Assembly (NCBI GenBank): GCA_017608545.1
Contig: JAFCFQ010000001.1
Span: forward strand, 1 to 25,250
Length of the DNA stretch: 25,250 bases
Reading direction: 5' to 3'
From: Candidatus Aenigmatarchaeota archaeon
Lineage (GTDB): Archaea > Aenigmatarchaeota > Aenigmatarchaeia > Aenigmatarchaeales > Aenigmatarchaeaceae
This document shows positions 8,618 through 17,427 of the stretch, piece by piece (within the stretch, counting starts at the first letter, position 1; every line of letters begins with the position of its first letter). The notes beneath the pieces are model-generated. The model searched no databases and was not told the DNA's origin. It worked only from the letters and a program-made list of their open reading frames with translations. The position numbers were made by a program, and so were the translations under genes.

Positions 8618-9242
8618 AGATGTAGAAGAATTTTTAGCAAACCAATTCGCTAAAGCTGGTTATAGTCATTGTGAAATACAAAGAACACCGTTGAGTATAA
8701 GAATTACGGTTTATGCTCACAAACCAGGATTAATAATTGGGAGGGGTGGAAAAAACATAGATCTCATTATACAAACTTTGAAGGAAAAATTTGGTTTTGA
8801 AAATCCACAATTAGATGTTCAAGAGGTAAAAGTTCCAGATTTAGATCCATACATTATTTCAAAATGGATAGCATCTGCAATTGAAAGGGGCATAAATTAC
8901 AAAAGAGTTGCACATTTGGCTTTAGAAAGAGTTATGGATGCAGGTGCTGTTGGTGTTGCAATAAGGATATCTGGAAAAATAGGAGGTGATATGGCAAGAA
9001 CAGAAAAATTTTCTGCTGGTTATTTGAAATATTCGGGAGAACCTGCAGAAACTGATGTAAAAACAGCCTATGCGCAAGCAAATGTTAAATTAGGAACAGT
9101 AGGAATTCAAGTTAGAATATTAACTGAACCTCCAAAAGAATTAGAGCTTTTAAAAAAGATCGAAAAACTATCAGAAAAAATTGAAGAAGTTGAAGAAAAG
9201 GGGGTAGAAGAAGTTGGCGATAATAAAGAAAAGACAGATTAA
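8574..9242 (+). CDS. rps3: 30S ribosomal protein uS3
   Basis: KPGLIIGRGG, GVAIRISGKIGG, KLGTVGIQVRI. ATG 8574 preferred over GTG 8565. Confidence 0.98.
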   Translation: MALEKKFVKEAIRNRDVEEFLANQFAKAGYSHCEIQRTPLSIRITVYAHKPGLIIGRGGKNIDLIIQTLKEKFGFENPQLDVQEVKVPDLDPYIISKWIASAIERGINYKRVAHLALERVMDAGAVGVAIRISGKIGGDMARTEKFSAGYLKYSGEPAETDVKTAYAQANVKLGTVGIQVRILTEPPKELELLKKIEKLSEKIEEVEEKGVEEVGDNKEKTD

Positions 9243-9423
9243 AGAAATGTCTCATAATGATCTTATCAAAAGATTAAATGAGTTAAAATTGGAATTGGTA
9301 AAAGAAAAAGGACAGATTGCTATTGGAGGAACTCCAAGCAATCCTGGAAGAATTAAGGAAATTAAAAAAACAATAGCAAGAATTTTAACTGAACTAAAAA
9401 GGAGGGGTGAAAAAGCTGCCTGA
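9214..9423 (+). CDS. rpl29: 50S ribosomal protein uL29 (TTG start)
   Basis: LKLEL, NPGRIKEIKKTIARILT. GGGGTAG lies 6 nt before the TTG. Confidence 0.96.
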   Translation: MAIIKKRQIKEMSHNDLIKRLNELKLELVKEKGQIAIGGTPSNPGRIKEIKKTIARILTELKRRGEKAA

Positions 9424-9721
9424 AGTATGTCCAATATGTGGTTTGCCTAAAGAGCTCTGCATTTGTAAAGAGATGGCAAAGGAAGAAGCAAAGATAAAAG
9501 TCTACCTTGTGAAGAGGTCTTATGGAAAATCAGTGACCATAATAGACGGAATTGATGAAAAAGCAAATCCTAAAGATTTGACAAAGAAGTTAAAAACAAA
9601 ACTTGCATGCGGAGGAACTTATAAGAACGGCAAAATAGAACTCAGAGGTGATCATAGAAACAAGATAAAAAAGCTCTTGGTTGATGCAGGGTTTCCAGAA
9701 GAGAAGATTGAAGTTGAGTAA
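9407..9721 (+). CDS. sui1: Translation initiation factor SUI1/aIF1
   Basis: CPICGLPKELC, LKTKLACGGT, IELRGDHR. GTG start after GGAGGG. Confidence 0.96.
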   Translation: MKKLPEVCPICGLPKELCICKEMAKEEAKIKVYLVKRSYGKSVTIIDGIDEKANPKDLTKKLKTKLACGGTYKNGKIELRGDHRNKIKKLLVDAGFPEEKIEVE

Positions 9722-9722
9722 A

Positions 9723-10001
9723 ATGATTTCAGCAAAAAATTTGATTAGGCATGAATTAATAGGCTTAAAAGTAGAAGTTGTTGATAGTACAAACAAATTT
9801 CATATTGGTATAAAAGGTTTGGTTGTTGATGAAACAAAAAACCTTTTAATTATAGAAACAGAAAAAGGAATAAAAAAAATTCAGAAAAAAGGAACCACAT
9901 TTGTGTTTGAAATTCCAAACGGTAAAAAAGTTAAAGTTAACGGAACAATAATTGCAAAAAGACCTGAAGATAGGATAAAATTAAAGGTGAAAAAATGGTG
10001 A
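9723..10001 (+). CDS. rnp1: RNase P protein component 1 (Rpp29/POP4)
   Basis: [29 protein letters not shown] 9723 just after the sui1 stop is preferred over 9681. Confidence 0.95.
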   Translation: MISAKNLIRHELIGLKVEVVDSTNKFHIGIKGLVVDETKNLLIIETEKGIKKIQKKGTTFVFEIPNGKKVKVNGTIIAKRPEDRIKLKVKKW

Positions 10002-10333
10002 AACAAAAAGTTAGAAACATAGGGATAGAAGCTAAACCACCTGAAAAGACTTGTAAAGATGTTAAATGTCCTTGGCATGGAAAGCTTCCAATCAGAGGTA
10101 GAGTTTTCGTTGGTAAAGTTGTTAGTGATAAGGCCTCAAAAACTGTAATTGTTAGGTGGGATTATCATCACTACATTCCTAAATATGAAAGATATGAGAG
10201 AAGGCATACCAAAGTTGCAGCCTATAACCCTGAATGCATAAATGCTAAAGAGGGAGACATTGTTAAAATTGCTGAGTGTAGACCATTATCAAAAACTAAA
10301 AAATTCGTTGTTATTGAAAAGGTGAAGAAATGA
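9995..10333 (+). CDS. rps17: 30S ribosomal protein uS17
   Basis: [24 protein letters not shown]. Confidence 0.98.
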   Translation: MVKQKVRNIGIEAKPPEKTCKDVKCPWHGKLPIRGRVFVGKVVSDKASKTVIVRWDYHHYIPKYERYERRHTKVAAYNPECINAKEGDIVKIAECRPLSKTKKFVVIEKVKK

Positions 10334-10728
10334 AGCCTGTATCAGCAAAAATAACAAAAGGTTTGCAAGTCGGAAGTTATGTTAAATGTGTTGATAATTC
10401 AGGTGCAACATTACTTCAAATAATAGCCGTTAAGGGTTATAAAGGAGTGAAAAGTAGAATTCCTAGTTGTGGGGTGGGTAGTTGGATTATCTGCTCTGTA
10501 AAAGAGGGAGATCCGAAACTAAAACATCAAGTTGTTAATGCTGTTATAGTTAGACAAAAAAAGGAATATAGGAGAAAAAATGGAATAAGAGTAAAATTTG
10601 AAGATAATGCTGCTGTTTTAATCAATGAAAAAGGGGAACCAAGAGGAACTAAAATCAAAGGACCAATAGCCAAAGAAGTTGTTGAAAGATTTTCAACTAT
10701 AGGTAAAATTGCTACTATGGTGTTGTAA
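10330..10728 (+). CDS. rpl14: 50S ribosomal protein uL14
   Basis: [31 protein letters not shown]. Confidence 0.98.
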   Translation: MKPVSAKITKGLQVGSYVKCVDNSGATLLQIIAVKGYKGVKSRIPSCGVGSWIICSVKEGDPKLKHQVVNAVIVRQKKEYRRKNGIRVKFEDNAAVLINEKGEPRGTKIKGPIAKEVVERFSTIGKIATMVL

Positions 10729-11126
10729 TGAAATCAAAAAAACCAAGAAAACAAAGGAAAGCTTTGTATGAGGCACCTTTGCATAAAAGGCACAAGTTGT
10801 TATCAGCTCATTTATCAAAAGAGTTGAGAAAAAAATGGAATAAAAGATCGTTACCAGTTAGAAGAGGTGATGAAGTAAAAGTTATGAGAGGAAAATTCAA
10901 AGGAACCATAGGAAAAATTTCAAAAGTCGATTTAAAAAAATTAAAAGTTTATATTGAAAATGTTAAAAGAAAAAAAGTTTCGGGAGAAGAAGTTCATGTT
11001 CCAATACATCCTTCAAATTTGTTAATTTTGAATCCTGTTATGGATGATAAAGAAAGATTAAAAGTGATTCAAAGAGCGAAAAAGGTGAAAGAAAATGGCA
11101 AAACTAAAAAGACTAACAGCACCTAA
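10728..11126 (+). CDS. rpl24: 50S ribosomal protein uL24
   Basis: SKKPRKQRK, PVRRGDEVKVMRG, IHPSNL. Confidence 0.98.
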   Translation: MKSKKPRKQRKALYEAPLHKRHKLLSAHLSKELRKKWNKRSLPVRRGDEVKVMRGKFKGTIGKISKVDLKKLKVYIENVKRKKVSGEEVHVPIHPSNLLILNPVMDDKERLKVIQRAKKVKENGKTKKTNST

Positions 11127-11763
11127 ATGGTGGCCCATTGAAAGGAAAACAAAGAAATTTACAGTTGCTCCTAGAGGTCCTCATCCAAAGAACCTTTCAT
11201 TACCTTTATTGATATTAATAAGAGATGTTTTCAAGTTAGCAGAAACAGGAAAAGAAGCTAAATCAATAATAAAAAGAGGCGAAGTTTTAGTAGACGGTAG
11301 GAAAATAAAAGATCCAAAATTTGGTGTTGGAATTTTTGATGTTATTGAAATCCCAACCTTAAAAAAAGTTTGGAGAGCTATACCAAAAAGAGGTTTAAGT
11401 TTCATAGAAATTCCAGAAAAAGAAAAGAAATTAAAAATTTGTAAAATAATTGACAAAAAAACTTTGAAAGGAAATAAAATTCAATTAAATTTAAATGATG
11501 GAAGAAACATTTTAACAAATGAAAAATATTCTACTAAAGATTCTTTACTAATAGAAATACCAGAACAAAAAATAGTTGAGCATATAAAATTTGAGAAAGA
11601 TTCTCTTGCAATGGTTCTTGGCGGAAAAAATGCTGGTAAAATTGCTAAAATAAAAGAAATAGAAAAAAATAGAGTTTTATTGGAAGGAGAAAGAACTTTT
11701 GAAGTTCCTAAAAAATTGCTAATCATTGTTGGTAAAGATAAACCCTTGATAAAGTTGGAGTGA
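11095..11763 (+). CDS. rps4e: 30S ribosomal protein eS4
   Basis: LKRLTAPKWW, GPH, VLVDGRKIKDPKFGVGIFDVI, LNDGRN. Confidence 0.97.
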   Translation: MAKLKRLTAPKWWPIERKTKKFTVAPRGPHPKNLSLPLLILIRDVFKLAETGKEAKSIIKRGEVLVDGRKIKDPKFGVGIFDVIEIPTLKKVWRAIPKRGLSFIEIPEKEKKLKICKIIDKKTLKGNKIQLNLNDGRNILTNEKYSTKDSLLIEIPEQKIVEHIKFEKDSLAMVLGGKNAGKIAKIKEIEKNRVLLEGERTFEVPKKLLIIVGKDKPLIKLE

Positions 11764-11767
11764 TTAA

Positions 11768-12268
11768 ATGAATCCTATGAGAAAAATCCGAATAGAAAAA
11801 GTAACGATAAATATTGGTTGTGGAGAAGCCGGAGAAAAGCTTGAGAAAGCTAAAAAATTATTGGAGAATTTAACTAATAGAAAAGTTGTTATAACAAAAA
11901 CTCACAGAAGAACAACATTTGGAACTGCTAAAGGAAGGCCAATTGGTTGTAAAGTTACTTTGAGAGGAAAAGAAGCGGAAGAATTTTTAAAAAAAGCCTT
12001 TGATGCTATAGATAATAAATTACAGAAAACAGTTTTTGATGCTCAAGGAAATTTTTCTTTTGGTATAAAGGAACATATTGATATTCCAGGAGTAAGATAT
12101 GATCCTGAGATTGGTATTTTTGGTATGGATGTTTGTGTAACTCTGGAAAGACCTGGATTTAGAGTTAAGAGAAAAAAGTTATCCAGTAAAATAGGCAAAA
12201 AACATTTAATAAAACCTGAAGAAGCAATCGAGTGGGTTTCTAAAATCTATGGAGTTGAAATAATATGA
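11768..12268 (+). CDS. rpl5: 50S ribosomal protein uL5
   Basis: NPMRKIRIEKVTINIGCG, GNFSFGIKEHIDIPG, YDPEIGIFGMD. Confidence 0.98.
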   Translation: MNPMRKIRIEKVTINIGCGEAGEKLEKAKKLLENLTNRKVVITKTHRRTTFGTAKGRPIGCKVTLRGKEAEEFLKKAFDAIDNKLQKTVFDAQGNFSFGIKEHIDIPGVRYDPEIGIFGMDVCVTLERPGFRVKRKKLSSKIGKKHLIKPEEAIEWVSKIYGVEII

Positions 12269-12621
12269 AAAGGGATATTATGATAATTTTATCTTTATCT
12301 TTTATTATTTTGGCTTTGATATTTTTTATTCAAGAATATTATATTCCAATGAAAAAAGTTCAATATAAATATTCACCAACAGATTTTATAGAACCTTCCA
12401 AAAATTTTATAAAATGTTATGAAAACTCAGATTGTATAAAAGTTAAAGGTTCTGTCTGTCCTGTAACAATGACGTGCGTGAATAAAAATTATCTTCAAGA
12501 ATACAACTCAAAAATAGAAAATTTAGCAGGGAATTTATGGGAGGCTGAATGCCCTGAAAAAACTATAACAGATAACTATGAATGTTTTTGTGTTAATAAT
12601 ACTTGTAAATTGGTGAGTTAA
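12265..12621 (+). CDS. Hypothetical membrane-anchored Cys-rich protein
   Basis: 118 aa. N-terminal TM/signal segment and 8 Cys (CYENSDC...CP...C...CP...CFC...C). Overlaps rpl5 and rps14. Confidence 0.8.
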   Translation: MKRDIMIILSLSFIILALIFFIQEYYIPMKKVQYKYSPTDFIEPSKNFIKCYENSDCIKVKGSVCPVTMTCVNKNYLQEYNSKIENLAGNLWEAECPEKTITDNYECFCVNNTCKLVS

Positions 12622-12779
12622 TGAAACCAATGAAAAAAAAGAGGAAATTCGGAAAAGGTTCAAGACAATGCCGTCGTTGTGGAAGTCATAAGGGAGTAAT
12701 TAGAAAATATGGTTTATTTTACTGTAGAAGGTGTATTAGAGAAATAGCTAAAAAGTTGGGATTTAAAAAATATTCGTGA
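12621..12779 (+). CDS. rps14: 30S ribosomal protein uS14 (missed by the ORF track)
   Basis: Manual translation: [52 protein letters not shown]. Zn motif CxxC...CxxC. Confidence 0.97.
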   Translation: MKPMKKKRKFGKGSRQCRRCGSHKGVIRKYGLFYCRRCIREIAKKLGFKKYS

Positions 12780-12784
12780 TATTT

Positions 12785-13171
12785 ATGAGGCACGATTTGT
12801 TATCAGATGTTTTGTCTGCAATAAAAAATGGTGAAAAAACAGGAAAAAGAGAAACAATTACACCTTTTTCTAAATTAGTTAAAGATGTTTTATTAATACT
12901 ACAAAAACACAACTACATAGGAGAGTTTGAATATATAGACGATAAAAGAGGTGGAAAATTTAGGATACAACTTTTAGGAAAAATTAATGACTGCAATTCG
13001 ATTAGACCTAGATTTTATGTTAAAAAAGATGAATACGAAAAATGGGAAAAAAGATTTTTACCAGCTGCTGGTTTAGGTTTTCTTATAGTTTCTACATCTC
13101 AAGGCATAATGACTCATGATGTTGCAAAGAAGAAAGGAATAGGAGGAACATTGCTAGCTTATGTTTATTAG
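12785..13171 (+). CDS. rps8: 30S ribosomal protein uS8
   Basis: [40 protein letters not shown] 12785. Confidence 0.98.
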   Translation: MRHDLLSDVLSAIKNGEKTGKRETITPFSKLVKDVLLILQKHNYIGEFEYIDDKRGGKFRIQLLGKINDCNSIRPRFYVKKDEYEKWEKRFLPAAGLGFLIVSTSQGIMTHDVAKKKGIGGTLLAYVY

Positions 13172-13178
13172 TGATATT

Positions 13179-13703
13179 ATGGAAAGAGTAGTTGAAATTC
13201 CAGAGGGAATACAAGTGGAACTAGATGATTTTAAAGTAAAGATTACAGGACCTAAAGGAACTTTGGAAAGAGATTTTTATAGTCCTTTATTTAAAAAAGA
13301 TATAACAATAAAGAAAGTTGATAATAAAATCTTAATATCTTCAGAATCCAAAAGAAAAAAAGTTAAAGCAATGTTAGGTACAATTCAAGCTCATATTCTC
13401 AACATGATTAAAGGGGTAACAGAAGGATTTACAGCAAAATTAAAAATAGTTTATATGCATTTTCCATTCACTGTTAAAATTTCTGGCAAAGAAGTTATAA
13501 TAAATAATTTCTTGGGTGAAAAAACTCCTAGAAAGACTAAAATTGTTGGTGATTGTAAAGTTGAGATTAAAGGCGATGAAATAATTGTGACAGGGATAAA
13601 CAAAGAAGATGTTGGACAAACTGCATTAAATTTAGAAAGAGCAACAAGAATAAAGGCTAGAGATCGCCGTGTTTTCCAGGATGGGATTTTCCGTTTAATG
13701 TGA
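13179..13703 (+). CDS. rpl6: 50S ribosomal protein uL6
   Basis: GPKGTL, HFPF, NFLGEK, DRRVFQDGI. ATG 13179 after GTGA is preferred; 13161 is possible. Confidence 0.97.
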   Translation: MERVVEIPEGIQVELDDFKVKITGPKGTLERDFYSPLFKKDITIKKVDNKILISSESKRKKVKAMLGTIQAHILNMIKGVTEGFTAKLKIVYMHFPFTVKISGKEVIINNFLGEKTPRKTKIVGDCKVEIKGDEIIVTGINKEDVGQTALNLERATRIKARDRRVFQDGIFRLM

Positions 13704-13707
13704 TTTT

Positions 13708-14109
13708 ATGAAAGCTTTAAAATTGAGACTTAAATTAAAAAGGAAGAAACCAAAGTTCATAAGGCAAGGAGGAAAGAATTTAAAAAGATTAGGAGGAAAA
13801 TGGAGAAAACCTCGTGGTAGTCAATCAAAACTCAGAAAACATAAAAAGGCTAGGGGTCATATACCTCATCCAGGTTATGGTTCTCCTAAATCTGTTAGAG
13901 GTTTACATCCTTCTGGCTTCAAAGAAGTATTAGTTTATAATCTAAAAGATTTAGAGAAAATTAATCCAGAAAAGCAAGCATGTAGAATTGCTTCTACTGT
14001 TGGGAAAAAGAAAAGACTTGAAATTATGAAAAAGGCAGAAGAATTAAAAATAAAAGTTTTAAATCCATTAAGAATTGAAACTGAAAAGAAAGATGGTGAA
14101 AATAAATGA
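13708..14109 (+). CDS. rpl32e: 50S ribosomal protein eL32
   Basis: KKPKFIRQ, WRKPRG, GYGSP, RGLHPSG. Confidence 0.97.
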   Translation: MKALKLRLKLKRKKPKFIRQGGKNLKRLGGKWRKPRGSQSKLRKHKKARGHIPHPGYGSPKSVRGLHPSGFKEVLVYNLKDLEKINPEKQACRIASTVGKKKRLEIMKKAEELKIKVLNPLRIETEKKDGENK

Positions 14110-14726
14110 AAATAAAATTTTTAGGTCATTCGGCATTTTTGATCGATGATTTGCTCATAGATCCTTTTATTAAAGATAATCCAATTTGTCCTGTTAAAAT
14201 TGAAGATATAAAATGTAAAATAATTTGTATAACTCATGATCATTGGGACCATATAGGAGATTCTTTTGAAATAGCTAAAAATAACGATGCAACGTTAGTT
14301 GGAGTTTCTGATACAGTTAAAAAAGCAGAAGAAGTTGGAATAAAAACAGAACATATGAACATTGGAGGAATGGTAAAACTAGGGGACTGGGAAATAATTT
14401 TAGTGCCTGCAACACATTCAGGAAATCCAAGTGGTTTCATTTTGAAAAAAGATAAAACAGTTTATCATGCTGGTGATACTGGATTGTTTATGGACATGAT
14501 GTTAATAGGGGGTTATAATATTGATGTTGCTCTTTTACCTATTGGTGGAAGGTACACAATGGATATTGAACAAGCTGTTGAAGCATGCAAATTATTAAAA
14601 TGTAAAAAAGCTATACCAATGCACTATAACACTTGGGAGGTTATAAAAGCAAATCCAGAAGAGTTTAAGAAGAAGGCTCCTTGTGAAGTTATAATTTTAA
14701 AACCTGGAGAAGAGTTCGAGGTATAA
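14106..14726 (+). CDS. Metallo-beta-lactamase-fold metal-dependent hydrolase (UPF0173-like)
   Basis: LGHSAF, IDPF, THDHWDH (HxHxDH), HAGDT, LPIGG, IPMHYNT. Confidence 0.92.
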   Translation: MKIKFLGHSAFLIDDLLIDPFIKDNPICPVKIEDIKCKIICITHDHWDHIGDSFEIAKNNDATLVGVSDTVKKAEEVGIKTEHMNIGGMVKLGDWEIILVPATHSGNPSGFILKKDKTVYHAGDTGLFMDMMLIGGYNIDVALLPIGGRYTMDIEQAVEACKLLKCKKAIPMHYNTWEVIKANPEEFKKKAPCEVIILKPGEEFEV

Positions 14727-14728
14727 TT

Positions 14729-14890
14729 ATGTATTTAATTGGAAAGAAAAGATGTCCAAACTGTGGAGTAAAAGGAAAATTATGGAAGAAAAATCCAGAT
14801 GTTTTTGTTTGTCCAGATTGTAAGACTTTTTTTAATGAATTTGGTATTATTTTAGAACCAGAAATTAAAAAAGAAGATGTGATTACATGA
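14729..14890 (+). CDS. Small C4 zinc-ribbon protein, 53 aa (missed by the ORF track)
   Basis: MYLIGKKRCPNCGVKGKLWKKNPDVFVCPDCKTFFNEFGIILEPEIKKEDVIT. Starts 2 nt after the upstream stop; ATGA overlap with rpl19e. Confidence 0.8.
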   Translation: MYLIGKKRCPNCGVKGKLWKKNPDVFVCPDCKTFFNEFGIILEPEIKKEDVIT

Positions 14891-15315
14891 ATTTACAAAA
14901 AAAACTTGCAGCAAAAATATTGAAGTGTGGTGTTGAAAAGATTTGGATAGATCCAAAAAATGAAAAAGTAAAACAAGCGATGACAAGAAAAGATATAAGA
15001 AGATTTATTAAAGAAGGTGTTATAAAAAAACTTCCTAATAAGAAAAAGCCAAAAAGAAAAATAAAGAAAAAACAACAAAGAAGAACCGGGAGTAGAAAAG
15101 GTTCAAGAAAAGCTAGAGTAGGTAAAAAAACTGAATGGTTAAAAGTTGTTAGACCTCAGAGAAGATTAATAAAAGAATTAAAAGAAAAAGGAAAATTAAA
15201 GCCACATGTTTATAGAAAAATTTACAAAATGATAAAAGGTAATGCTTTCAGAAGTAAGGCTCATCTCATGTCCTATTTGAAAAATAAGGAGCTTTTAAAA
15301 GAGGAGAAAAAATGA
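14887..15315 (+). CDS. rpl19e: 50S ribosomal protein eL19
   Basis: QKKLAAKILKCG, IWIDP, GSRKGSRKAR, KGNAFRSK. Confidence 0.97.
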   Translation: MNLQKKLAAKILKCGVEKIWIDPKNEKVKQAMTRKDIRRFIKEGVIKKLPNKKKPKRKIKKKQQRRTGSRKGSRKARVGKKTEWLKVVRPQRRLIKELKEKGKLKPHVYRKIYKMIKGNAFRSKAHLMSYLKNKELLKEEKK

Positions 15316-15800
15316 AAAGTTCATATTTAATTCCATTTAAAAGGCGAAGGAAAAAGAAAACAAACTATAAGAAAAGGTTAGCTTTATTAAAATCTGGAAA
15401 AATGAGGCTAGTTATAAGAAAAAGCCTTTCTAATATTTCTATTCAATTCATTAAATTTAACCCTGAAGGTGATGAGACAATCGTTTCTGCAAATTCAACT
15501 GAATTGAAAAAATTCGGTTGGAATAGAACCGGAAATATCCCTGCCGCATATTTAACAGGTTTGTTAGCAGGAAAAAAAGCAAAAGAGAAAAAAGTAGAAG
15601 AAGCAGTTTTAGACTTAGGTTTACAAACTTCAACAAAGGGTTCAAGACTTTATGCAGCACTAAAAGGAGTTTTAGATTCAGGAATAAAAGTTCCTCATTC
15701 CGAAGATGTTTTACCTAGTGAAGATAGAATTAGAGGAAGACACATATCCGAAGAGATCGAAAAAAAGTTTGAAGAGATTAAAAATAAAATAGTTGGTTAA
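15312..15800 (+). CDS. rpl18: 50S ribosomal protein uL18
   Basis: KTNYKKRLALLKS, GNIPAAYLTG, LDLGL, GIKVPHSE. Confidence 0.97.
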   Translation: MKSSYLIPFKRRRKKKTNYKKRLALLKSGKMRLVIRKSLSNISIQFIKFNPEGDETIVSANSTELKKFGWNRTGNIPAAYLTGLLAGKKAKEKKVEEAVLDLGLQTSTKGSRLYAALKGVLDSGIKVPHSEDVLPSEDRIRGRHISEEIEKKFEEIKNKIVG

Positions 15801-15801
15801 T

Positions 15802-16587
15802 ATGACAAGAGAACCAAAAAAACAAGAAATTGAAAAAGAAGAAAATATAGAAGAAGCAGAAGAAATGGTTAAAGAAAAAGCTAAAGTTACGATTCCTGAA
15901 GGATGGGAACCTAAAACAACTTTGGGGAAGAAAGTTTTATCAGGAGAAATAACAGACATAGCAGAGATTTTTGCAAAAGGAATTAAAATTGCTGAACCTC
16001 AAATAGTTGATGTTTTGCTTCCTAATCTTGAAAGGGAGATAATTCTTATCGGTGGTTCTACAGGAAAGGGTGGGGGAATAAGAAGAACTCCTTTCAGGAG
16101 GACATCAAGAATGCATAAGAGTGGAAGAAGATATAGGATATCCACTATGGTAGTTGTTGGTAATAAAAATGGTTATGTGGGTGTAGGCTTAGCTTCTGGT
16201 CCACCAGGAAAACATCAAGAAGTTATTGAAAAAGCTACGAATAAAGCTAAATTAAATATAATTCCTATAAGAAGAGGTTGTGGTTCTTGGGAATGTTTGT
16301 GCGGAACAAACCATTCCGTACCATTTGCTGTAAAAGGTAAAAGTGGTTCTGTCGTAGTTGAACTTTTACCTGCTCCTAAAGGTGTCGGTCTTTGTGTTTC
16401 TGATGAAGTTAAAAAATTAATGAGGTTGGCAGGCATAAAAGATGTGTGGTGTAAAACTAGAGGGAATACACAAACAAGAATTAATTTAATTAGAGCTTTT
16501 TTTAATGCCCTCAAGAAATTAAATACTTACAAAACAAAATCAGAATTTGAAAAAAAAGTCGGTATGGCAATTGGAAAGGTGGGATAA
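15802..16587 (+). CDS. rps5: 30S ribosomal protein uS5
   Basis: WEPKTTLG, VGNKNGYVGVG, RRGCGSWE, PAPKGVGL. ATG 15802 preferred. Confidence 0.97.
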   Translation: MTREPKKQEIEKEENIEEAEEMVKEKAKVTIPEGWEPKTTLGKKVLSGEITDIAEIFAKGIKIAEPQIVDVLLPNLEREIILIGGSTGKGGGIRRTPFRRTSRMHKSGRRYRISTMVVVGNKNGYVGVGLASGPPGKHQEVIEKATNKAKLNIIPIRRGCGSWECLCGTNHSVPFAVKGKSGSVVVELLPAPKGVGLCVSDEVKKLMRLAGIKDVWCKTRGNTQTRINLIRAFFNALKKLNTYKTKSEFEKKVGMAIGKVG

Positions 16588-16588
16588 T

Positions 16589-17014
16589 ATGTATGCTGTC
16601 ATTAGAATAAAAGGATTAGTCAAAGTAAGAAAAGAGGTTAAGGATACATTAAAGATGCTTAGATTAAATAGAAAAATGCATTGTGTTTTATTAAAAGAGA
16701 ATGATGTCGTAAAAGGAATGTTACAAAAAGTTAAAGACATGGTGACATGGGGAGAAATTGATGATAATACATTGAAAATTCTAATTGAAAAAAGAGGAAG
16801 AAAACCAGGTAATAAGAGATTAATAAAAGAAGAAGCAGAAGAAGTTTTCAATAAAATAAAAGAAGATCAAAAAGTCCCCAAAATAATAAAACCCGTTTTT
16901 AGGTTAACACCTCCGTCTAAAGGATTTAAAAAATCTATTAAACAACACTACCCAAAAGGTGAATTAGGATATAGAGGAAAAGAAATTAATGAATTATTAA
17001 AAAGGATGATTTGA
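16589..17014 (+). CDS. rpl30: 50S ribosomal protein uL30
   Basis: MYAVIRIKG, TLKMLRL, VTWGE, FRLTPP, LGYRG. ATG 16589 (the ORF track starts at 16547). Confidence 0.97.
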   Translation: MYAVIRIKGLVKVRKEVKDTLKMLRLNRKMHCVLLKENDVVKGMLQKVKDMVTWGEIDDNTLKILIEKRGRKPGNKRLIKEEAEEVFNKIKEDQKVPKIIKPVFRLTPPSKGFKKSIKQHYPKGELGYRGKEINELLKRMI

Positions 17015-17427
17015 TGGTTGTTCATAGGAAGAAAAAAATTTTAAAGAAAAGAGGAAGCAGAACATGTGGTTATGGTAGTCATAAAAAGCATAGGGGAGGA
17101 GGTTCAAGAGGTGGAAGAGGAAAGTCAGGAAGGTTTAAACATAAGAAGTCATGGGTTTATAGATACCAACCTGATTATTATGGGAAAAGAGGATTCAAAA
17201 TTCCTCCTAAAGCAAAAAAAGAAGTAAAAGCAATAACTTTGAGAGAGATTGATGTTCTTGCTAAAAAATTAAATAAGACTGAAATTAATCTTTCTGAATT
17301 AGGCTATGATAAAGTCCTTTCAACAGGAAATTTAACTCAAGCATTGACGATAAAAGCAAAAAAAATTGTTGAAAAAGCAAAACAGAAGATTGAAAATGTA
17401 GGTGGAAAGGCGATAGAAAATGTTTGA
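17014..17427 (+). CDS. rpl15: 50S ribosomal protein uL15
   Basis: RGSRTCGYG, RGGGSRGGRG, YGKRGF, KVLSTG, IENVGG. Confidence 0.97.
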   Translation: MVVHRKKKILKKRGSRTCGYGSHKKHRGGGSRGGRGKSGRFKHKKSWVYRYQPDYYGKRGFKIPPKAKKEVKAITLREIDVLAKKLNKTEINLSELGYDKVLSTGNLTQALTIKAKKIVEKAKQKIENVGGKAIENV

